Assembly: GCF_021028975.2 (NCBI RefSeq)
Contig: NC_059425.1
Coordinates: 73,098,001-73,162,000 of the forward strand
Source of the DNA: Sphaerodactylus townsendi
Lineage: Eukaryota
Reading direction: 5' to 3'
Length of the DNA stretch: 64,000 nucleotides
Below the pieces are notes generated by a model. The model was not told where the DNA came from. It searched no databases and saw only the letters and a program-made list of their open reading frames with translations. Positions 12,533 to 24,805 of this stretch are shown piece after piece; position 1 is the stretch's first letter; every line of letters begins with the position of its first letter. The translations under genes and the position numbers were made by a program.

Positions 12533-12850
12533 AGCAGCAGTGTCGTAGTAGTTAAGAGCAGGTGCATTCTAATCTGGAAGAACTGGGTTTGATTCCCCGC
12601 TCTGCCACTTGAGCTGTGGAGGCTTATCTGGGGAATTCAGATTAGCCTGTACACTCCCACACATGCCAGCTGGGTGACCTTGGGCTAGTCACAGCTTTTT
12701 GGAGTTCTCTCAGCCCCACCCATCTCACAGGGTATTTGTTGTGAGGGGGCAGGGCAAGGAGATTGTAAGTTCCTTTGAGTGTAAGTTCCTTTGAGTCTCC
12801 TACAGGAGAGAAAGGGGGGATATAAATCCAAACTCTTCTTCTTCTTCTTC
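12533..12850 (+). mobile_element. Near full-length tRNA-derived SINE with (CTT)n tail
   Basis: Pol III A/B-box-like head (gtagtagttaag...ggtttgattccc) and ctt repeat tail. Confidence 0.82.
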
Positions 12851-13202
12851 TACATCTGCTAGCCTCGTTATCACTTAAATGATTTGTATGAACTGCACCC
12901 CTTTGGAATGCAAGCAGAGGTTCACATCACTGAATGTTCCTCTGTACCCAAAAAACTCCTTCCCTATATATGGCAGGAAGAGGATTCTAGTCCAGCCTTC
13001 TCTATGACATAACAGTTTTCTATGAGTCGGAATGGACGATGGGGTTACTTGTAATCTGCACTGCCCAAACACAGGCTTACCACATTAGTGAAAATTACAT
13101 CAACACCCTTCTCTCCTGAAGTACAAATACAGTGACAGGTACCCATCACAAGAAGTCTCCAATGAGAATCTATCTGATCAGCAGTACCATTTCTACCATT
13201 AC

Positions 13203-13332
13203 CTTGAGCTGCATGATTACTGAGTTGAGTTTCATCATCTGATGTGGAGCTGAGGGTCAGACCCAGCTCCTCTATCCTTTTCTTCTGCCTCTTCTGTGGG
13301 CTGCAGTATTCAGGTTCTTCTCTTCGCTTCAT
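13203..13332 (-). CDS. CMTR1: CMTR1 first coding exon (MKRREEPEYCSPQKRQKKRIEELGLTLSSTSDDETQLSNHAAQ); acceptor gives exon start at 13337
   Basis: Resembles the CMTR1 N-terminus (basic NLS-like stretch, LSSTSDDE); cttgcag acceptor, G|gtaatg donor; 130 nt, phase 1. Confidence 0.92.
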
Positions 13333-14194
13333 ATTCGCTGCAAGAAAAGAAACAAACACTGAACAGTTTCCAATTCACATATAAAGCACTCTATGGCAAT
13401 GCAACAGCTAAGTCTGGGTTTTCATCTGTGCACTGCAAGACAGAAGGAACAACAGGAAGGAAATACCATTCCCAGAGTGTTGAAAAATGAGTGAGGTTTT
13501 AATTCATTCATCAATTTCAAAATACTTATTCAGAGAGTAGACAGGGCCCACATTTTCATTTCAGTGCATTTGTCACAAATATAATCACTTTTGAAGGATA
13601 TTGCTGTTTTCAACAGAACTTGATTACAATTCAGGCCACATTCCTAAGCATATTTAAACGGGAACAAGGCTCACTGAAATCAGTAGGACTAACTTCTGTG
13701 TGCACATAGACTGTCTGGGTCAGGGTTTAAGTGTACTTAAAATGGCAGAAGAGTAAAAAAGAGAGGAACTTGAGGACCATGAATATATAACCGGTTTAGC
13801 AGGCAGTTTTTATTCATAAACCTGCAAGGGGAAGAACCAATGTCTGACTGGTTCTGATTATATAAATAAAACTTGCTATATGAATCCCTGCATATTTGGA
13901 TAATACTACTGATATCCAACACTTTGGTATTAGACTCATATTGGTGCAGTTAGATAATTATGGTTAAAAGATCACTCCTATGCAAGAGCTTGATAATATT
14001 TACTACTAATTTGGAAAACGCTAAAGAGTTAGTAAAAGGCATTTACTATGCTGAATTCAGAATAAGTGAAGAAAACAGGACCTGCACTCTAGTAGCACTT
14101 TCACATATGCTGAATTATCCACTTCCAATAACCTTCAGTGCATTTTAGAAATCATTTGCAAGTGGATTGAAACTCGAACATTGGAAGTTCAAGC

Positions 14195-14385
14195 AGAACT
14201 CACATGAAGCTGCCTTATACCAAGTCACGCCATCTCTTTATGAAAGTCAGTATTATCTACTCTGACTGGTAGCAGATCTCCAAGGTCTCAGACAGAGATC
14301 TTTCACATCTGATCTTTTTGACTGGAGACGTCGGGCACTGAACCGAGGGGACTTTTGCAGGCAAACCAGATACTAACTACACCAA
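14195..14385 (-). mobile_element. tRNA-head SINE with CR1-like tail
   Basis: catgaagctgccttatacc... tail and reverse-complement tRNA-like head. Confidence 0.55.
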
Positions 14386-14970
14386 TGAAATGCGGCGATG
14401 CACTTAATGCAGGGAGATCGAGGACCGAAAACGAAGCGAGGAAAGGCCAGGGCCAGGCAAGCACGGAAGAGCCTGGGACCAGGAAAAGGAATGAGGGGTA
14501 GTAAAGAATACTTGTGTGGGATACAGACAAGAGGGGAGATGGCAGATGAGGGAAGGCAGAGACGAGGGTATTCTCCCATGGTCGCTCTCCCCACCTCCGA
14601 GGGCCCGGCTACACTCACGAGGAAAGCAGAGGGGCTGCGCCACAGGCCGACAGAAGCAGAAGGGAAGGGCACGGCTTTCAGTCAGCCAGAAGCGGCCCTG
14701 GGCCGGAGAGACAAAGGCTGACCGAGCCCTGCCAGTTCTTCTCCGCCACACTTCAGTTTCGTTTCCCGGCAGCTTCACTGTGGGGCGGGACCCTTCCTTC
14801 GCGCCCGGCGCATTCTAATGACCTCAAACGCTCGAAGGGGTAGAGAGCCGTCCGTGCGGCGGAGACAGACCGCAACGCAGGTTTCTCTGAAATGCTGCGC
14901 CCCCTAGTGGACGGCGTCTGGAAACGGTTCTGCGCTGGATATAGCGGTCAATGAGACACGGCCGAGGAGT
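14320..14970 (-). promoter_or_regulatory. CMTR1: CpG-island promoter of CMTR1, with a probable non-coding exon 1 ending at 14723
   Basis: CpG/GC-rich island about 1 kb upstream of the first coding exon; GC box ggggcggga near 14782; candidate donor CG|gtcagc at 14722 (lower confidence). Confidence 0.7.
14897..14910 (-). promoter_or_regulatory. CTCF core motif CCACTAGGGGGCGC
   Basis: Exact match to the CTCF core consensus on the - strand. Confidence 0.7.
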
Positions 14971-15082
14971 AGGCTAGGGCTGGGCTGGCTTGTTTCTCTG
15001 TCTTTCCCTCACAGATAAATGCTATATACAGTTATAATTACGGATGACGCAGAAGGACGCTTACTGATTGATCTTATTCTTA

Positions 15083-15201
15083 GGCAGATTCCGCATGGGC
15101 CAAAAACAGCAGTGTGAAAACGGTGTAAAATGGTTTAAAACGATGTAAAAGGGTTTTACACCGTTTTCGCACCATTGTTTTTGGTCCATGCCGAATCCGC
15201 C
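15083..15201. mobile_element. PIF/Harbinger-like MITE
   Basis: TIRs ggcagattccgcatgggccaaaaac / gtttttggtccatgccgaatccgcc; TSD TTA. Confidence 0.82.
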
Positions 15202-15564
15202 TTAGGGGGAGACTAAAAAAGAATTGAAATCCTAATGCGATTTCATATATGTAAAGGAGAGGGGAAATTGATGTAAAGTGAAAGTCAGCTCAGCAGAAGT
15301 TGTTGCCTTATTTCGTTTCACACATTGTAAATTATTTCTTGAAATATTTAAGTCAAGGGAAATACATAAATAAAATTTTATTTTGTTAAATATAACCCAG
15401 AATCCCACACTAGTAATTTTTTCAGGACCACATAGCCCATTGAATGCTTTAAAGCTTAGACACACTATTTCAGGGGAAAATATAAATAGGTTTGGAATTA
15501 AATTCAGATGGCAGCGAAATATATATGGAGGAAGATATATGGAGAAAGAAATATATATGGAAGA

Positions 15565-15607
15565 TCCTCTGAAGATGCCAGCCACAGATGCAGGCGAAAC
15601 GTCAGGA
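15565..15607 (+). ncRNA. Minimal type I hammerhead ribozyme motif in a Penelope-like repeat fragment (fragment runs to about 15656)
   Basis: Stem I TCCT/AGGA, core CTGAAGA (15569-15575), stem II GCC..GGC, GAAAC followed by GTC cleavage triplet (15601-15603). Confidence 0.65.
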
Positions 15608-16329
15608 GAGAATGCTGCTAGAACGCGGCCAAACAGCCCGGAAACCACACAGCGCCGGAATAAACATCATTTTGCACCTATTATATTTGTGTGAAAAGAA
15701 ATAAGAGCGGGCACTGCAGAGAGGCCTCCCTCAGAATGGAAGGAGGTCTTAGGAGCAACCTTCTGGGGGTATCACTTTGCATTTGAACAAACTTCAGCTG
15801 CTGACTGATCTCTTGCTAGGCTGATCTAACTGCTTCCAACACCAGCAGCAGCAGCCAGAGGGGAAATGGGGACAACACCTACTTTTCTTTCCTTATAGGG
15901 TTGCCAACTTTCACATGAAGTGTGGAGATCTCCTGAAATCGTAATAGGTCTCCCGGTTAAAGAGACTGGTTCTCCCTGTAGGATTGCCAGCTCCAAGTCT
16001 GGGGGTGGAGTCTGAATGGAGTGAGGTTTGGGAAGGAAAATGACATCACCAGGGTAAAATGCCGCAGAGTCCATCCTCCAGAGCAGCAATTTTCACCAGG
16101 GGAACTCATCTCTGTCACATGAAGACAGATATAATGCCAAGTGAACTCTACCTTCCGCTCAGAGATTGAGAATTCTAATTCCTCTGGAGAAAGTGGCTTC
16201 TTTAGAGAATGTAGCCTATGGCATTATACCCTTCTGTGGCTCCCTCCCAGTGTCTACCCATCAAATCTACAGGAATTTCCAAATCTGGAGTTGAGAACTC
16301 TCCTTCACAGCTCCCCAGTGTTAAGCTTG

Positions 16330-16605
16330 GGAGCCAGCGTGGTGTAGTCGTTAAAAATGGTGGACTCTAATCTGGAGAACCCAGTTTGATTCCCCACCCC
16401 TTCACATGAGCAGCAGATTCTTATCTGGTGAACTGAATTAATTTCTTTGCTCCTCAATATGAAGCCTGTCAGATACCCTTGGGCTAATCACAGTTCTTCA
16501 GAACTCTCTCAGTCCCACCTGACAGGTGTCTGTCATGGGGAGAGGAAGAGAAGAAGTTAAGCCAATTTGAGACTTCTTATTGGAGAGAAATGCAAGGTAT
16601 ATATG
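16330..16605 (+). mobile_element. tRNA-derived SINE
   Basis: ggagccagcgtggtgtagtcgttaa head; body like the other copies. Confidence 0.75.
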
Positions 16606-16702
16606 CAAAATCCCCCTCAGCAAACTCTATCCCCTTCTTCCCAATGAGAACCCAAAACAATTTACACTGTTCTCCACCATTTTATCCTCACAACAAGGTA
16701 GG

Positions 16703-17963
16703 CAGGGGTGTAACGAGGCAAACTGGAGCCCTGGACAAAACCTGAGTTAGATGCCCGCCCCCCATGGGCGGCCACCCCACCATGACCAAACATTTTTTTT
16801 TAAACCAGGTCATTGGTGCTTGCAGGGGGTGCATTTTTAGACATATTGCCACCATAATTTCAGCGTATCATCAGGAGACTGTCCTTATGCCACCCTCCAA
16901 GTTTGGTGCAGTTTGGTTCAGTGGGGACAAAGTTATGGACCCTCAAAAGGGTAGCCCCATCTCCTTAGCTCCCATTGGAAAGAATGGGGGATGGGGCACC
17001 CCCTTTGATGGTCCATTACCTTGGCCCCCCTGAATCAAACTGCACCAAGCTTGGGGGATGCCATCAGGACAGTCTCCAGATGATACCCTGAAATTTTGGT
17101 GCCGATATGTAAAAAAATGCGCCCCCTGCAGGAACATCCCAGAAATTTGCCCAAGAATCTTTGTTCTGCATTGAGTTTTCTGCATTGCTGTCAATGGGGG
17201 TTGCAGGCTGTGGGGGGGCACATTTCTGAAGGCACAGTCTCAAAACTTTCAGGGTCTCATCAGGAGACTGCCCTTATGATACCCCCCAGGTTTGGTGCAG
17301 TTTGGTTGGGGGGGGGAGTTATGGACCCTCAAGGGCTACCCTTTTAAGGGTCCATAACTTTACCAAACTTGGGGGGGGTGCCATCAGGACAGTCTCCAGA
17401 TGATACCCTGAAATTTTGGTGCCGATATGTCCAAAAATGCACCCCCTGCAGGAACATCCCAGAAATTTGCCCAAGAATCTTTGTTCTGCATTGAGTTTTC
17501 TGCATTGCTGTCAATGGGGGTTGCTGGCTGTGGGGGGGGGGCATTTCTGAAGGCACAGTCTCAAAGCTTTCAGGGTCTCATCAGGAGACTTCCCTAATGA
17601 TGCTCCCCAGGTTTGGTGCAGTTTGGTTCAGGGGGGCCAAAGTTATGGACCCTCAAAGGTATAGCCCCCATCTCCTATTAGCTCCCATTGGAAACAATGG
17701 GGGATGGGGCACCCCCTTTGGGAGTCCATAACTTTAGACTCCCTGAACCAAACCTCACCAAACTTGGGGGGGGGGTAGCATAAAGACAGTCTCCTGATGA
17801 TACGCTGAGATTCTGGTGTCGCAAGCCTAAAAACTGCGCCCCCTGCAGGCCAAAAACAGAAAATCACTAAAAATACCCAAAAACGAACCCTGCATTTTGA
17901 TGCCCCCAACAAGGTGATGCCCTGGGCAGCTGCCCACCTTGCCCAATGGGCATTACGCCCCTG
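16703..17963. mobile_element. hAT-like non-autonomous element with internal ~300-bp direct duplication, inserted in a SINE
   Basis: TIRs caggggtgtaa / ttacgcccctg; flanks aaggtagg / gaggaagg (6 of 8 match); about 17045-17330 repeated at about 17365-17655. Confidence 0.75.
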
Positions 17964-18262
17964 GAGGAAGGTTAGGCTAAGACTGTATGACTGGTCCTGT
18001 ATATTCCAAAATGGAACACAAATATTTCCTACTCTTCCATTTGGCCTTTGCTGCAAAATAGTTTTTTTAAGATTTGCCAAATTTTGTCATCTGCAAGATA
18101 GTTTGAAACTATTATAGTTTTAGTTTTGAGACTGGGAAATGAGACATCAAACTGTGAAGTTTGTTGCAGTCTCATAAAAAAATATTTTATATACCCATGG
18201 AATCAGATGATAATTTTCTCAAATTGTGTACCTTATGTAACACTTAAAAAAATCTAAGTAGA

Positions 18263-18422
18263 ATTGTAACTTCATCCATCATTTGCTGTACTGTCTTTGT
18301 TTTAGAATAGTCCACTTGGGTCCTGATGCCTACCTAATTCTGTTAGGTAGGCAGGCACTAGGACCCAAGCGGAACATTCTAAAACAAAGACAGTACAGCA
18401 CATGATGGATGATGTTACAATT
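18263..18422. repeat. ~160-bp inverted repeat (old palindromic MITE family, related to 58262-58393 and 59184-59396)
   Basis: Arms are reverse-complementary; shared ctttg.t.tagaat...taggtaggca core. Confidence 0.7.
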
Positions 18423-18592
18423 GGTTCTCAACCTGTGGGTCACGACCCCTTTGGGGATCGAACGAAAGGTCCTAAGACCATCAGAAAACTGTCTTTTTAT
18501 ATTTTATATATACCAATTTTATGGTTGGGGATCACCACAACATGAGGAACTGTATTAAAGTGTGGCGGCATTAGGAAGGTTGAGAACCACTG
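18422..18592. mobile_element. hAT MITE family 1 copy, left TIR clipped
   Basis: tggttctcaacct...aggttgagaaccactg, similar to 5219-5404. Confidence 0.8.
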
Positions 18593-21500
18593 ATAGATCT
18601 TTTGGTGGAAAAGGGTATAACAGTTCTGTAGCGTTAGTAGCCATCTTTGGATTATTGCAAATGCATAATACAAAGGATTTCAGACAATTGTCTCTCATGT
18701 TTTGTAGTTTCTTTCAACAATTATTTCTGAGCTGGTAGAATTTGTTCACCTAAATGCTGCTGCGAGAAGTTCTTTTTTTCAGCTTTATCATAGTTCCTTT
18801 GGTTAGTCATCAGTGCATTGAAAGTATATGCCTAGGGGAGCTGCACCAAGATAGAATCCAGTCTTGTGGAAATGACATATTTCCTGTAGAAATGACACAG
18901 TTGTCACACATCAGAATAGGTGCTTTTTTTAGCAGCTCTTTCAATTGCTGTGTTCATGGATTGGTCCCCAGTAAAACTCACCACCTTGTGCAAATAGCTG
19001 TTTTGGGAATAAACTTTGTTAGCTAAGAGATATTCCTAGCAATCATCATAGACTAGCCTTGCTCACAGGCTGAAAATTTCTGATAAGAACATCAGATTTT
19101 AACCTTCCTTGATTAAATTGTATGTCTGACATGGGAACTTTGCATTCAAATTTTTCTGTTGAAAATGGCCTAGAATTCACTTGTTGGTCTTATCTAATGT
19201 TTTCCTGCACTGGGGTATTAGCTATATAACATGTAAAACCATTACAGTTTTATTGGATCACTTTTTTTGTACACCTCTGGGGCAAAAGATACCAAATCAC
19301 AATCCTGCTAATTTCAACCTACCAAAATATGCATTAAAAGTAACTGTCAAAGCTTGTAACTTTTGTCATGCAGCTACATATGCCCAAATCTACTGCTATT
19401 ATCAAATGCTATAAAAAAGCTAATTTACCGTTAACTTGCTTTACAGTTGCAACTGAAAATGTTTTTACATTTTTGTCGTTGTATATCTTAGTTTGAAACA
19501 CTCTTATCTTGTGTCTGCCAAGCCTGTCCACAACAGCTGTTACACTCTGCTGTTGAACTCTTGTAGGTGTTTCTACTTTGACTATCACCTTCAGTTCTCC
19601 TGGAAGGATGTTAAATGTGCCGGGCCTGCCTTATACTGGTAGTAATGTTAGTTGCTCAAGAACCCAAAGATAACTAAAGCTTTCTCTTTTCTTCTAAGGT
19701 AGAAATCAGAAGAGTCACACATTAGAAAAACATGTAGTGTATATATCTATTAAAACAGAACAAAAAAAAGTGTACAACATGAATACAAAAGTAGCAGGAA
19801 AACCTTTGTGCTCTAGAGCTTCCTGCGTGATAGAGGGGATTGGCTCGTTTTTTCTACAGAAAATACCAAATTGGTGTCTACATGGTTTGTGCTGGGAACT
19901 ATAAGAACTATACACACTACTACAAGCCATGTGATAAGTGTAAGCCTACTATTTTAACTTAAGGCATGCACCAAGAAAACATTTAAATATCAGGACTGAT
20001 CTCGCACTACAGGCCAAATTAGATGCTGCACTTGTTTCCAGCCCTGTCCCCTTTAAACAGCCCTTTTCCCCAGCACTGCTTCCCCCAATCAAATGAGCAG
20101 TTCCACATTACTGTTTTGAAGTAATCGAACAGAAAAGCTACAGGAAATCCTGTTTACTAATCTCCTACATCACACTTAGCTTGGCCCTAAAACCATGGAA
20201 GAACACAGTACATCATCTGATTACTGAAAAGCCTGTATTGATTCCAAGACCAGATGTTTGGCATCTTTTTGGTTATTAAGCTTGCTTCACATATTACAAT
20301 TTCCCTGAAGAACACCAGTTAATTCTACAAAAACAATGTTCTGTGACACTACTATTACTGTGTGTCACATGAAGAGTACATATTAAGAAGCAGTGGCTCC
20401 CAACAACCCTGCACCCTCAGTGAGATAGACAGCTCTGCTTGTCACATAGTGGGAGGAGACGTTTCTGAGTTTTCCTCTGAAGGTAATATCAGTTACAGAG
20501 CAGAACTTTCAAAGAAGCATCCCACCCCCCTTCCTCTCCAAAATAAAGGTTGGTTTTTCCAGTCTATATTTTATACATTCATGTTGTTTCTAATTTACTT
20601 GATCTGGACATAGTGATAGCATCCAGAGCAAAGGTGCTGAATGATATGACATCACTTGTAAGCACTTACAACATAAATAATTTCAAGGACATGCTGACCT
20701 GAATTCTGGAATTTATGAACATGTTCCAATAATTTATTGACAACTGTAAACTCCCAATAGAGTATTTAGTGACACTGAAGTAACCAGTAATCATATTAGT
20801 GTTTGGAACTCAGCCTGAAAACAAAGGGAAAGAGGGTAGCCAGAGAGCAGGGGAGTATGTATCCATTGGTTTTCTAAGCAATCCATATTAGTTTATGAGA
20901 ACGTACAAAACAGAAATAAGAATTTTCTTCCTTCTACACATCTTAAATAACAATCTCTAGTTATCTACATTAACAACCAAATAAAGAAACATTGCCTGCT
21001 TAGTTACTTGGCAGTTACTTGGCAGTTACTTTGAAACTGAAACTATTGAAATGGATTGTGAGTTGCTACGCACTTACTCTGGCAAATAATTTTGAGCACT
21101 GATAGATATGTAATTGTCATATTTCATTTGGTGGAGATACAGCTCCTTCACTCAGTCATCCCACCCACTGAACAACAATATTTCTACAAAAGCCAAACCG
21201 GCCCACCCACACAAATCACTACTGTCATTTTTTTTACTTTTGCTGTTCATCTTGGAAACAGGGCTGAAGGGAAAGGAAGATTCAATATTTTTATGGGCCA
21301 TAACAAGAATTAATCAAATGAGCTTACAATCATCAAAGCAAGTTTATCTTGAAAGATGTGAAACTACACAAGATGGTACTACACAAAAATTACAAAGAAT
21401 TGGGCTGCCAAGCATCAAGTTCCACTCTCCTTTCCATAATTTCTACATTAACACAGGTCACACCACTATGATGTGTTGCTTTTCTCCTGAAAGCAGCAAC

Positions 21501-22457
21501 AAAAGCTCTGGAGAGAGAAACACACATCATAATGACATCAGGACTGGGTTGAAATAGATGGGGACTAAATACTGGACTGCCTGTCTGGCAGCCACATGTG
21601 CTTTGAACTGAATAGTTCAGTTTTGAATAAAAATCTTAGAACAGAACCTTACTACAACTTCAAAATACCAATACATGTAATTAGCTGCAAGACAAGATTT
21701 TTGAAATCTTTCTACTGGTCTCAAAGTTGTATCCAGTCACATAAAATATTTGAACCTGGTTTTGAACACAGGAGTATTTTACGGGAATTTTACTAAATCT
21801 TGCAATGTTAAGTTGATGGCAGGAACTGATGGCCCACTGGCCAAATATGTCCTGGATACATCCCACACCTGGCCTTTCACTACACTTAAACTTGCTGAAA
21901 AGCAAAATGGGAGCCAAAAACATACCAACTGCTCTGGTCACACTATTCCTCTTGCCTACCTCTCGGTTCCAGGAAAAGCAACTGATGGCTCAGTCTTGTA
22001 GCCTGGTCCCACTACGGCTAGGTTTGAGGAAGTGAGGAAAGAAAGTAACGCTGTCCCTCACCACAGTGCTCTGTTTATATTGCCAACTCACTACTATAAA
22101 GTAAAAGCTGCCTTCAAGCTCAGGTGCTCAAGGATCCACAGTTCCTTATTTAACGAGTGACAAAATAGTTACTCAGCTGAGCTGAACTGGTATGTTACCC
22201 TCCTGAAGTAGATAAAGCAAGGACAGAAACAGAAGTTTACAGTCACCACTGGGTTAGGATGAAAAGTGGGTTTTGAGTCACACAGTGTTTGATAATATGC
22301 TTTGGAGATACTATACATCCATTTGAGGGGGGGGGAAACAGGACTCTGCCAAGCCCTTTTAATCCACAATTTAAACTCCAGTCTCTTCACTGTTCCTAAT
22401 GTCTAGTTCTTCCTCCCAGCAGCCTCCAGTCAGCTGCAAAGGCACAGCCCACATTCT

Positions 22458-22654
22458 TCAGATGTTGGAGTCCCCTTCGTAGTCTTCACTTTCATAGCTG
22501 CTCAGTGACAGGATGGAGTTAACAGAGGTAAGGCTGCTGGTCTCGCTGTCTAAGGTTGAGGTGTCTCTACTGCTCTCACTGTCTGAGAAAGATGTGAGAC
22601 TGCTGCTTTCACTTTCCAATGCTGCGTCCTCCAGAGCAACTTTCTTCTCTGCAG
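22458..22654 (-). CDS. RNF8: RNF8 terminal exon candidate, Ser/acidic tail (AAEKKVALEDAALESESSSLTSF...GDSNI*)
   Basis: gtgtttttag acceptor compatible with phase 1; open 65-codon frame ending in TGA; spliced CDS totals 1653 nt (550 aa). Confidence 0.7.
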
Positions 22655-22849
22655 CTAAAAACACACAACCAAAAAGTGATTAGGTGAAAACAGTGCCAAT
22701 GCTTTATACAGGAGAGCAGCTGGCAAATGAGAATTTTCTGTGGCAATCCCACCCTAAGACACTTTAGTATTGAAACGCCTAAAAACTGAGGCCTAAGTCA
22801 CTTTCACACGATGACGAATTCCAGCTGTCAATGGTGGGTATACCATTCA

Positions 22850-23092
22850 GAGCCAGCATGATGCAGTGGTTAAGAGCAGTGAATTCTCATCTAGAGAACA
22901 TGGTTTCAATTCCCCACTCCTCCATGTGAAGCCTGCTGGGTGATCTTGGGCCAGTCACAGTTCTCTCAGAACTCTCTCAGTCCTTCTCATAATTCTCTCA
23001 GGTGCCTGCTCTGTCTGTTGGGGGAGGTAATTCTAAACCACTTTAAGACTCCGGATGGCAGCGAAAAGTGGGATAAAAACCAGCTCTTCTTC
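22850..23092 (+). mobile_element. tRNA-derived SINE
   Basis: agccagcatgatgcagtggttaagagc head, ctcttcttc tail. Confidence 0.72.
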
Positions 23093-23373
23093 ATTCACAA
23101 CTTATAATGCCCTGGCTCTATTTTGTCCTTTTAATTTCAGGTACTTTTTCTAAAGTATAAACCCATACCCTTTCCATTCCAAACAAAGATGACTTCCACA
23201 ATCTTTTGGGCTGCAGAAAACAAAGCAATAAGATAAGAAAGCAGCAGCATTCAACTTCTGGTGTGATTTTCTACCAAAGGCAGGTGGTGTAGGAGTCAAC
23301 ATGCCACCACACCCATGTCTCTGCTGCCCAGCTCAGATGCTGTGTGCATTATGGGATGGCACATGAGGAGGTA

Positions 23374-24805
23374 CAAACTTACTAGAGTTCTTTGAGGGTG
23401 TAAACAGACATGTGGATAAAGGGGAACCAGTGGACATTGTCTACTTGGATTTCCAAAAGGCTTTTGACAAAGTTCCTCACCAGAGACTGTTGAGAAAACT
23501 CAGCAATGAAGGAATAAGAGGGGAAGTCCTCCTATGGATTAAAAACTGGTTGAGGAACAGGAAACAAAGGGTGGGTATAAATGGGAAGTTCTCACAATGG
23601 AGAGATGTAGGGAGTGGTGGTCCCCCCCAAGGGATCCGCTTTTGGGACCAGTGCTCTTTAACTTTATTCCATAAAATGACCTGGAAGTAGGGTAAGGGTA
23701 GTGTGGTGGCCAAAGTTTGGCAGGATGATACCAAATTATGTAGGGATTGGTAAGAACCACAAAGGATTGGGTGAAGAGCTCCAAGCCGGACCTTGATAAA
23801 TTAGGTGAGTGGAGCTAAGAAATGGCAAATGCAGTTCAGTATGTAGCCCGAGAAAATGTAAAGTGACGTGCACGTAGGGGCAAAAAAAAATCCAAACTTC
23901 ACATAACACGCTACAGCAGGGTCAGTGCTTATCAGTCACAGACCAGAGGGAAAGGGATTTAGGCGCCTCTTAGTTGATAGTTCCATGGGAATGTCAACTC
24001 AATGCATGGCAGCTGTGAAAAAGGCAGAACTCTATGCTGGGGATAATTAGAGGAAAGGAATTGAGAATAAAACTGCAAAGATTGTCATGTCCCTATATAA
24101 AGCATTAATTCGTGGTGCACCGCACTTGGAGTACTGTGTGTTCAGTTCTGGTCGCCCACATCTCAAAAAAAAGGATATCGAAGAGATAGAAAAAGAGATG
24201 CAGAGGACAGGGCAACGAGGGATGATTAGAAGGATTGGAGCACCTTCCTTATGAGGAGAGGCTTCTGCATGCGTTTGGGACCTCTTTAGTTTTGGAGAGG
24301 GAGACGTCCTGAGGGGGGGGGATATGATTGAAGTCTATAAAATTATGCATGGGGTAGAAAATGTTGACAGAGAGAAATTTTTCTCTCTTTCTCACAATAC
24401 TAGGAACCAGGGGGGGCATTCATTGAAAATGCTGGGGAAGAATTAGGGACTAATAAAAAGGAAAACACTTCTTCACGCAACGTGGTGATTGGTGGTTTGG
24501 AATATGCTGCACACAGGAGGTGGTGATGGCCACCAACCTGGATAGCTTTAAAAAGGGCTTGGACAGGATTTATGGAGGAGAAGTCAAATTCTATGGCTAC
24601 CAATCTTGATCCTCCTTGATCTCAGATTGCTAATGCCTTAGCAGACCAGGTGCTCAGGAGCAGCAGCAGCAGAAGGCCATTGCTTTCACATCCTGCATGT
24701 GAGCTCCCAAAGGCACCTGGTGGGCCACTGCGAGTAGCAGAATGCTGGACTAGATGGACTCTGGTCTGATCCAGCAGGCTAGTTCTTATGTTCTTATGTT
24801 CTTAT
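23374..24805 (+). mobile_element. 5'-truncated CR1 LINE with (TTCTTATG)n tail
   Basis: RT motif VDIVYLDFQKAFDKVPH; CR1-type octamer tail at about 24783-24806. Confidence 0.92.

Noticed and set aside
14303-14818. Cluster of overlapping ORFs on both strands
   Set aside because: By-product of the GC-rich CMTR1 promoter island
23412-23690. Reverse transcriptase ORF as a functional gene
   Set aside because: Fragment of a 5'-truncated CR1 LINE
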